DNA from: Macrostomum lignano
Taxonomy: Eukaryota
Direction: 5' to 3'
NCBI GenBank assembly: GCA_002269645.1
Contig: NIVC01001585.1
Location: forward strand, 1 to 64,000
DNA length: 64,000 nt
Below the pieces are notes generated by a model. It worked only from the letters and a program-made list of their open reading frames with translations, did not search any database and had not been told where the DNA came from. This document shows positions 49,356-59,225 of the stretch, piece after piece. The translations under genes were made by a program, and so were the position numbers. Position 1 is the first letter of the stretch. The number at the start of each line of letters is the position of its first letter.

Positions 49356-50079
49356 CACTAGCCCTACAAGGAAGTTTTACAATAACCCAAATTTTTTTTT
49401 GTATTTATACCTGAGCCATATCTAATTTTTTTCCTATATCCTATCTATACCTATAGGCTCTAGAATACATTTCTTATAACTGTTAATGAAATTTAGTTTA
49501 ATGGCACTAGCTTCTCAATAGTTTACTTTAGAAAGTAACAAAACATTATAACTTTAGCTCTCACTATCCTAATTACACAATGTGCACATGGCACTAAAAG
49601 TCTAATTTCTTGAGTCTCTAAGTACACAAACTTAAAAGTTTCCCTTATAAAAGCTTTAAAGCTAGCAATATTCCTATTCCTATTGCTTTATCTCTAACTA
49701 TAAAATCTACCTATACTTTACCTCATTTATCAAGTAGCTAATATAAGACTAAGACAATAATTTTATTTAGTAACCTTTAATATATAAAGTACAAGCTTAC
49801 TACGCTTCAATTAACGTGGGATTAAGCATATATATATATTAACAAGCTGTTGAAACCCGCGGATTTTGAACCCGGGGAATTCCAATACCCGGAACTACTT
49901 TTGCATGTATTCTGAAGTCTAAGGCCATACACAAACAAAAACTTGTTAATAGTTAGTAGGATAGAGGTAGACATAAAATGGAGCACATTCGTGTAAAATT
50001 AGGGTTTGAGACATTGTTGGCTGGGGTACTGCGCAGAATGTCAGGCAATGTCTGTCTGACTCTAAAACATATATTGCTA

Positions 50080-50541
50080 AACTCTGGCCTCTCCCTGACT
50101 CTCCCTACGTCCCTTGGATCCTTTAAAATTTCTATCGTCTCTTTGTTTCCTCTCATCTCTCTCGTCCCTCGTCTCTCCTCTCTCCTCTCTCCCTTTTCCC
50201 CTCTTCTCTCGTATCTTCCCTCATCTCTCTTCTCTTTCATCTCTCTTATCTCATCTCTTGTCTCTTCTTTTCTCTCCCCTCTCCTCTCTCCTCTCTACTT
50301 TTTCGTTTTCTCTCTCTCCTCTCTCCCCTCTTCTCTCGTCTCTTCTCTCACCTCTTTCCTCTCTCTTTCCTCTCATTTCTTTTCTTGTTTTATCTCTTCT
50401 CTCTCCCCTCGTCGCTCGTCTCTTCCCTCACCTCTCTTCTCTCTTGTCTGCGTTTTTATCTCTCCTTTCTCTTCTTTTATCTTTTCTCTCTTATCTCTTC
50501 TCGTTTCTCTCTGCTCTGCGCTCTCTCTCTCTCTCTGTCTC

Positions 50542-50579
<38 letters not shown>

Positions 50580-51480
50580 ACTCTCTCTCTCATCTCTCCT
50601 CTCCCATCTCTCTTCTCCTCTCTACTCTCTCCCTTCTTCATTCTCCTATTTCCTCTTCTGTCTCCCTTTCTCTCCTCTCTCCTCTAGTCTCTGTAATCTC
50701 TTCTCTCTTATCTCTCCTCTGTTCTCTCTACTCTCCCATCTCTCGTCTGTTCACCCTCATCTCTGCTCTCTCATCTGTCATCTTTACTCTCTAATACGTT
50801 CTCTCACTTATCTCCTCTGTACTCTTCTCTTTCACCTCTTCTGACTCCTCTCTTTCCTTACTCCTCTCTTCTTTTCTCTTCCTTCTTCTATACTCTCTCT
50901 CCTCTATTATCTTCTCTCGTCTCTCTGCACTCTCCTCTCACCTTTTCCATCTCTCATCTTTACTCTCTCATCTCTCCTTTCATCTGTCTCATCTCTGCAA
51001 TCTCATCTCTTTCCTCTCTTCTCCTCCGCTTCCCTTTACTCTCTCATCTCTCCTTTCTCCCCTCTTCTTACACCCCTCTCTTATCTCTATCTCTTCTCTT
51101 CTCACTCCTCTCTCCCCATCTTATCTCCTCTCTTCTCTATCCTTTCTACTCTCTCCTCTCTAATCTCTCCTCTCTAATCTCTCCTCTCCTATTGACCCTG
51201 TCCTCTTCTTTCTGCTCTCTAATCTCTACTATCTTCTCACTCTTCTCTACTCTCCTCTCATCGATCCTCTGTCTCATCTCTCCCCTCTTCTCACCTTTAC
51301 TCTTTTCTCTCCCTCCTTTCTCCCCTCCTCTCGCTTCTTCCTCCCTTCTTCTCTGCTCTCTCCTCGTCCTCATCACTTGTCTCTTCCTCTTACTCGTATG
51401 TTCAATGTTTTCTCATATCCCCCTCTCGCCTCTCCTCTCTTCTAACAGTCTATTCCTTCTCCTTTCCACTCTCATCTGGC
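50080..51480 (+). repeat. CT-rich low-complexity tract
   Basis: Read directly from the sequence. Confidence 0.9.
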
Positions 51481-51789
51481 CTGCACATAAGCTGGATTCT
51501 TTATCTGGCTTTTGAAGTAAAAATCTGCCCATTCCTGCTTGGAAAGCCAGTTTGTGGGACGTAGTACTCTCACATACATGCGCAACAGTCGGCCGAGTCG
51601 GCCGATCCGGCCGACCGATTTGGCGGCCAACCAAGTAAGTCGCAAAATTGATTAACCGCCAAAAAAAACGAAAAAACAAAAGACGAAAAAGGGGAAAGGA
51701 AAAGGAAAAAATGAGAAAAAGGGAGCAAAGAGAAAGAGAAAAACACAAAAAGAGTTGTAAGTGCTGTAAGTTGCAGCACTGAAGACAAG

Positions 51790-53390
51790 GTAAGTCGCAC
51801 CGAGGGCAAGCTAAGTCGCACCGAGGGCAAGCTAAGTCGCAGCAGGACCGAGCTAAGTCGCACCGAGGGCAAGCTAAGTCGCAGCAGGACCGAGCTAAGT
51901 CGCACCGAGGGCGAACTAAGTCGCACCGAGCGAGAGCTAAGTCGCACCGAGGGCGAGCTAAGTCGCACCGAGGGCAAAATAAGTCGCACCGAGCGAGAGC
52001 TAAGTCGCACTAAGTCGCAGCAGGACCGAGCTAAGTCGCACCGAGGGCGAGCTAAGTCGCAGCAGGACCGAGCTAAGTCGCACCGAGGGCGAACTAAGTC
52101 GCACCGAGCGAGAGCTAAGTCGCACTAAGTCGCAGCAGGACCGAGCTAAGTCGCACCGAGCGAGAGCTAAGTCGCACCGAGGGCGAGCTAAGTCGCACCG
52201 AGGGCAAAATAAGTCGCACCGAGCGAGAGCTAAGTCGCACTAAGTCGCAGCAGGACCGAGCTAAGTCGCACCGAGGGCGAGCTAAGTCGCAGCAGGACCG
52301 AGCTAAGTCGCACCGAGGGCGAACTAAGTCGCACCGAGCGAGAGCTAAGTCGCACTAAGTCGCAGCAGGACCAAGCTAAGTCGCACCGAGGGCGAGCTAA
52401 GTTGCAGCAGGACCGAGCTAAGTCGCACCGAGGGCGAACTAAGTCGCACCGAGCGAGAGCTAAGTCGCACTGAGGGCGAGCTAAGTCGCAGCAGGACCGA
52501 GCTAAGTCGCACCGAGGGCGAACTAAGTCGCACCGAGCGAGAGCTAAGTCGCACTAAGTCGCAGCAGGACCAAGCTAAGTCGCACCGAGGGCGAGCTAAG
52601 TTGCAGCAGGACCGAGCTAAGTTGCACCGAGGGCGAACTAAGTCGCACCGAGCGAGAGCTAAGTCGCACTGAGGGCGAGCTATGTCGCAGCAGGACCGAG
52701 CTAAGTCGCACTAAGGGCGAGCTAAGTCGCACCGAGGGCAAAATAAGTCGCACCGAGCGAGAGCTAAGTCGCACTAAGTCGCAGCAGGACCGAGCTAAGT
52801 CGCACCGAGGGCGAACTAAGTCGCACCGAGCGAGAGCTAAGTCGCACTAAGTCGCAGCAGGACCGAGCTAAGTCGCACCGAGGGCGAGCTAAGTCGCACC
52901 GAGCGAGAGCTAAGTCGCACTAAGTCGCAGCAGGACCGAGCTAAGTCGCACTAAGTCGCAGCAGGACCGAGCTAAGTCGCACCGAGGGCGAGCTAAGTCG
53001 CACCGAGCGAGAGCTAAGTCGCACCGAGGGCGAGCTAAGTCGCAGCAGGACCGAGCTAAGTCGCATCGAGGGCGAACTAAGTCGCACCGAGCGAGAGCTA
53101 AGTCGCACTGAGGGCGAGCTATGTCGCAGCAGGACCGAGCTAAGTCGCACTAAGGGCGAGCTAAGTCGCACCGAGGGCAAAATAAGTCGCACCGAGCGAG
53201 AGCTAAGTCGCACTAAGTCGCAGCAGGACCGAGCTAAGTCGCACCGAGGGCGAGCTAAGTCGCACCGAGGGCGAGCTAAGTCGCACCGAGCGAGAGCTAA
53301 GTCGCACTGAGGGCGAGCTAAGTCGCAGCAGGACCGAGTAAGTCGCAGCAGGGCCGAGGTAAGTCGCAGCAGGACTGAGTTAAGTCGCAG
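51790..53390 (+). repeat. 21-nt array built on GCTAAGTCGCA, inside the hAT element
   Basis: Variant units GCTAAGTCGCACCGAGGGCGA, ...GCAGCAGGACCGA and ...CCGAGCGAGA; about 75 units by length. Confidence 0.95.
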
Positions 53391-53593
53391 AGCATCTTTA
53401 GGATTATTAGGATAGGATTAGTTTAGGATGAATTTAATGTATCACTTACTAGGGTGTAGGCTACGTGTGCATTAACGCATCAATTTGAAAAATTAAGAAT
53501 TACGAAGCCAGAAATGGCTAAGGAATAGAAATAGGGATAGAATAACTTATAAGCAGTAATTTTTCAGCCCTATTACAATTGCAAATCATACTT

Positions 53594-55616
53594 TTAATAA
53601 TATTTAATTAGCAAATTAAAACTGCAAGATTCTAACGGTCTTATATATGAACTTAGAAGAACTGTAGTCTGACCAGAGATTGTCCTTTCTGTAGCGCGTT
53701 CTGAAGCATCTGCATCTCTAGAGTCTGAATCAGAAAGATGGTCCTCTGTTTCAGATTCAGAGCTGTCATCTTCCATTCCAAACCGTCTAGCAAGAGGTAT
53801 GATTCTCGAACTGTATGTAAAGACAGTATGTAATGTTTCAGCATTAGGCAATAACACTGGGTTGAGCACATTAAATATTGAGTAGTCATCCTCAGGAAAA
53901 TAATTACGCAGCTGATCAATTATGCTATCAATGATTCGACTGCGAATCTCATCCAGTGCTGGATAAGCTCCCATGTCAACAACACTGCCACGTCCACTAG
54001 CATCAAATAATCTATTTCTTAGAGATCTGTCTGCAGCAGAACCTGGTTGCTTCAACTCAAACCTCTCTGTTGGATCGCTGCTTCCAGGGCCGGAAGGACA
54101 AGCAAAGTTAGAATAAGATAGGTCTCTTGTGTGACATCCTGAATGGTATTCCAGCTGCGGATATCCATCTGCAGTTCCCAAAACTCGACGACACTTGCAG
54201 GAAGCCAAAAAGTCCACAATGCGAGGACCATTGTTCGTTTTTAAGGTTTCTAGTGAATGGATAAGGTTAGTGTGGCGTTCTTGCAAGCCAATAAATGTAC
54301 CCTTGGCTCTTTGAAACTGCAAGGACTCAAATTCCAGTAATTTTAGAATGTCCATGAGAAATAGATGTAATGAATAATACCGGACATTTTGCAATGTTTT
54401 CAATAATCCAGAGGCAGTTGCTTTACTTTCGTCATCAAAGCCTGAGGAAGGTGATTTGATATTTTCTAAATTTGTCAGAAGCAAGTAGTACGACTTTCGA
54501 ATCACATCAAGAGCAGACACTTCCGATGCAACCCACCTGATGCGATATATTCTTTTTAATTCATAGAAAACCAAGTTGAGTGCTTCCGAAGTTTGTGCCA
54601 AAGATGCCTTACGTTTAACAGCGTGGCTCATATAAAATTTGTGTAGAGAATTTATATTCTTATCGAGATGTTGCATAAATGGGAAGATTTCAAAGGCATG
54701 ATAGATTGAAAGTTCTAACTTATGCGCTGCACAATGGTGCTGAAAAAATTGTTTGCTAGCCCAAGGCCTCAGTTGACTTATTAATCCCACTCGACTTCCT
54801 GTCATTACGGATGCACCATCAGTTGTCACCCCCAATAGCCTTCGTTTGATTTCATCTTCTAGCTTGTCATCCGAAAATAAACGGATGAGAAGTTCATAAA
54901 TGCTTCGTCCAGTCTCTACTTCAGTCAGACGTTTAAACCGATAAAAAACATCAAATGTTGGCTGTTTTCAAGAACTCTGAAGTATATCATGACGTAGCTG
55001 TTTGAATGAATATCAGACGTTGTATCTAGTACAATAGAAATCGGAAGATTGTCAGCACTTTTAATGTAATTCACAAATGTCCGATGCATTGTATTACTGA
55101 TTGATTCCACCATTGCTGCGGCACTTTTGCGATGCTTATGATGGCTCCCCATATCCAACCCATTTTTTACTTGTAAATCAATCATATTTGGATGAGCACT
55201 GAATGGAATATTAGATTTGACTTCGGCATAAACTGTTGTCAAAACTCGGGCTGTTATTTCATCTCGTTTAGTTTTAGCTAGTCTAGCGGCCTCATTCATC
55301 TGTTTGAGTTGCTTTGCAAGAACTGAAGTATGTTTTTCCTTCATCCACTTTATGGCGTCACTGAAGTGTATTTGATGAATGTTCCTGTAGTTTTCTTCGT
55401 ACGCTATCTTTTGCATGACCTTTGGGAATGTAGCCTTGTTCTGTTGCAAAAGTTAACTTACGTTGGCTCTCTAGATTTGTCTCCTTTTTCTTATGTGCAT
55501 TCAAAAATTTTCTGCAGATCCGACATTGTATTCCAGATCTTGATAGATCTTCGGTGTTTTGAACATATTGAAACCATGTCTTCATTTCTTGTGACACAAA
55601 TTTTCTTGAAAATGAT
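53594..55616 (-). pseudogene. ZNF862/KIAA1586-type hAT transposase (TTF-type zinc finger + DDE core), two frameshifts, C-terminal dimerisation region apparently missing
   Basis: RKF...WFQY...CRICRKF zinc finger; SIVLDTTSD; GVTTDGASVMTG; HCAAHKLEL; RWVAS. Frameshifts near 55360 and 54960. Confidence 0.88.
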
Positions 55617-55747
55617 CTGCAATGGTCAAATTAGAGAATATTTTGGGATTTGGACTATTTGTGAGTATCTAAAAGCAATATGCTAATAAGTGCAATACAC
55701 AATACACTATACATTAATTTACAGTTCGTCAGTTTCCATTTACTTAC

Positions 55748-57375
55748 TGTGACTGGTGCATCTCCAAAGAATGTAACCACTCCTCTCGAAAACCAGATGT
55801 ATCCTCCCAGTCCTTTTTAGGGAAAACTTCAATATTTTCGCCCATCATAGAGGAAGACGAGGGCTTTGATGCTGAAGTGGCTAGACATGCGTCTGCAGAT
55901 GTGCTTATGCATGGTATTTTTTTTTGCGATGGCCCTGCTTCTGCAGTATTTACTTGTACTATTTCAACATCACCTGAACCCCTTGAGTCGCTCGAATCTA
56001 AATCAACAATAGGACTTTGGCAAAGTGATCGTTTCGTTGATTGTCTTTGAATATTTACTTGCCTAATAATTTCCACTTGTAGTTTGCTTGTTTGCTGGTC
56101 ATTCTCCAACAACTCTCTTCTTTCCTGTACATTTGCAGCAGAGCAAAAATTAGAAGTTTCTGCAGCAGCAGTTTGAACAGCATGATCTCGATTAGCTGCT
56201 ATTTGCTCTGAAAATTCATAGGACCTGGCCAATTCACTACGGTGTGAGCTTTCAGAACATGGAGCTGGAGCAGGAGCTAGTCGCATTTCGATTCTTTCTG
56301 TTGCTGATGAAGCAGATGCTAATGCTGAGTCTGCCAATGTACCTGCTTCTCTTGAAGGTGTATTTATGATGGCTTCAATATTGTCCTCTAAAATCCAATG
56401 AGCACCTGAGCAGTCATTTTCTCTACCTGGAGTCAACTGTCCAAGTTTCCACCTTGTAAAAAGCAAAGGCTTTCGTAACTCACTGCTGGATTCAGGGCAC
56501 CGGTTTATTGAATAGTCCTCATGACCAAGTTCATCCCATTCTCTTGCTGGCTTTAAGATGTAGTTGGGCTTGTCTCTTAGCCTACGATAAATGGACTAAA
56601 AAAATGTGCACCTGTTATTTTGTGTACTTCGTGCATAGATGATCATGTCATGCACATTGTTCCTAATAATTTCAGCTAATGAGTTATCAATGATAATTTT
56701 ATCTTCATAAACAGGTCTTCTTTGTGTTGCATGCATTTTAGCTAGTCGCAGTTTTCCAATGCTACTGGCAGTTGTGGAACTTGAACTGTCCGATTCTGAT
56801 CTAGAAAAGTCTCGTTGATACAAGAGAATAATGGCCATAGCACTTTTACCATTCCCATTCTTTAATGCATTTGGTTCTGTTGGAATTGTCTTACTAGCAG
56901 ACTTGAAAAAATCAATGATGGATGACTGCGATGATCCACTAGGAGCGGAACTTGGCAGCCCATGTCTAGTTTTTCCCTGATACCCAATAGATGTATCGGT
57001 AAAAAACATATCTGCTGCTTCCTGCTTCTCTTTTGATGCAATAACAAAGAAACTGCTGTCCGTTTTGAAGCCCGAGGACCGATAGAAGTCAGCAGAAAAT
57101 GAAACCACAGGTCGTCTAAAATCGCCGCTATATTCTTGAACTCCAATCAGAAGAAAATCACGGAGTCTCACTGGCACTGATCCTAATAGCATTGCAGTTG
57201 TGGAACAAACTTTCTTCAGCTCAATGAACTCTGAAAATTCTTGAGATCCAATATTAGGCTCATCAGTATTTAACTCATTTATAACAATTGAGCACTCACT
57301 CTCAGCTAGAATACCATTGATAGCTAGGATGCCACTTAGAATCAGTAGGCAAAGACAACTAAGGCTGTACATCAT
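55748..57375 (-). pseudogene. Signal peptide + lamin-tail-domain-like module + Ser/Ala/Glu-rich linker, one in-frame TAG (56598-56596), splicing in frame to the transposase
   Basis: MMYSLSCLCLLILSGILAINGILA; IVINELNTDEP...EFIELKK; the same frame continues past the TAG to LTPGRENDC. Donor CA|gtaagt at 55747, acceptor ttgcag|A at 55617. Confidence 0.7.
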
Positions 57376-57819
57376 TCTGTGAAAGATTAAGTCGAGTATA
57401 TGATTTTGGTGATAAAATAAAATTGATTTATGAGTATTACTATATAAATAAAACATTTAAAAGCCCTTACCTTTACCAATTCATGTACAGAAAGTAAGTG
57501 TAAATACAACCAATTGCCTTGGTAGTTTAGTTATATGCTCGTATCAGATGCAGGCAGACAGCATAGGCTGCCAAGGTGCTATAAGTTAAGGTTAACTTTC
57601 ACTATTTGGCTTTACAGACTGCTTTTATCGCTGCATGCATTGACTTAGCCTTAGCTTGTGCCATCATACTCATACAGCTATATATACATATGTATCTCTG
57701 CCACTCCCCACTTTTGCAACCTTACACTGTACAATCATGCCTAAAACACTCCGTGTCAAGTGTACTGTTCTAGTGCCACATGGGGTACAAATACGATTAG
57801 GAATGACAAGAGTCAAAAC

Positions 57820-57900
57820 CATACATGCACAATAGTTGGCCGATATGGACGACTGATTTGGCGGCCAACCAAGGTAAGTTGCAAAAATGCCCACCCAAAT
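57820..57900 (+). repeat. Internal direct copy of the hAT left terminus
   Basis: CATACATGCACAATAGTTGGCCGA...GATTTGGCGGCCAACCAAGGTAAGTTGCAAAA, compared with 51573-51650. Confidence 0.85.
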
Positions 57901-58689
57901 AAATACCAAAGTAGTATTAAGTAGCTGACGAAGCATTTTGCCTTAATAAAGACAGTTATAGTTACTCCTGCCGTTTACCCAAAGTTGCGTTAATTTTGCT
58001 TTCAGGTTTTTTTCATGTAAGTCGCATTTTTGGCCGAAAACTACGTCGCATTTTTGTTAAAACTAAGTCGCACGGCCGACCAAATTTTGGAGGTTGCGCA
58101 TGTATGTACTCTCATGGCTGTTCTCATGCTTTGATCACGTCATCTTTCTTGCCAATTTGCAGTCCTGAAAGGAATTTATGTATCTTCAGCTCCACTGCAG
58201 TCTGCATCAGTCTAACAATCAAGGAAATACGCATTTCTTAGGAGGACATTTAAAATTTAAAGTACTTTTAAGAGAAACAAAATTTCCATGGTGTGCCTAA
58301 TTTAGTAGGGTTGTATTGCATTGCATTGCCTTTTCATAAATCTTTCACTTTCACAAACCATGCCAGATTGCCTTGATTTGCCAATTGCCATCCTCTGTTA
58401 AACTGCTGCAGAGTTTGCCAATACAGAGGTGAGGGCAGTGGTTAGAATTTCTCACTAAACTGTTGTGGCTAAACGTAGCCTCCACGGGGGTGCAAAGAGT
58501 GATATAAAGAAAGCTATTCCAAAACACTGTACATTTGCTATGTACATTCAGTCCTATTGCCTGACCCTTGGTCTGGCTCTGGGGGAATGAGTGAGTGAGT
58601 GGCACAAATAACAGAAAAAGCAGACAAACTTCACGTGCTTACAGTTTCTGTTCTGATTGGGTTACAGAGTTGAAATTTTACATTTTGAC

Positions 58690-59225
58690 AGAGAATGAGT
58701 CAATGAAGAATTGTGTCAAGTTTGAAGTCAATCGCTTTACGTGGAGCAAACTTATGGCAGCTGAAAGTTAGTCAATTTTGAAACCCCTTTTACACATCTG
58801 GGCCCAGTTCAAGAAAGAGAGGCAGGCGGGCGGAGGTCGGGGTGGTTGCTACGCTGAAAAAAACAGCCTAACTTTAAAAGTGCACAGCAGCTTTCAGGAT
58901 TAAATTTGAGATTTGAAATTTTACATGATTGTGTCAAAATAGTTAAAAATTGCCTGTGTCAAATTTGAAGAGAATCGGTAGAAGTGGAGCGGCGCTATGG
59001 AGGATTTAGTGAAAAAATCGCGCATTTTGAGCAGTTTTTTGTACTTTTAGGTAGGAAGACTTGAGTCTAGGAAATTAAAAGGTAGCCTAAGACATTCTCC
59101 GTAGTGAGTTTAGGGTGGGTGTAAAGTTTGGTGTAATTTGGTTGGTTGAGCAGTTTGGGAGTCCATAGCGAAGTAATTTGTCCACAGACAGACAGACAGA
59201 GTTTTGATTTTTATAGGTAGAGATA
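58690..59225 (+). mobile_element. Possible non-autonomous Helitron/Helentron-type element
   Basis: Three loosely repeated AA(A/G)TTTG...AAT(C/T)G blocks, ending in a (CAGA)n tract and TTTTATAG. This layout resembles Lep1/DINE-like elements; no protein evidence. Confidence 0.35.

Larger units (their letters stand above)
51573..58106 (-). mobile_element. hAT-superfamily DNA transposon, 6534 bp, 14-bp TIRs, 8-bp TSD
   Basis: CATACATGCGCAAC at 51573-51586 and GTTGCGCATGTATG at 58093-58106. TACTCTCA directly flanks both ends (51565-51572 and 58107-58114). Subterminal GTCGGCCG and TAAGTCGCA motifs at both ends; transposase inside. Confidence 0.93.

Noticed and set aside
49978-51515. Ser/Leu-rich ORFs that look like membrane proteins
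   Set aside because: CT low-complexity sequence.
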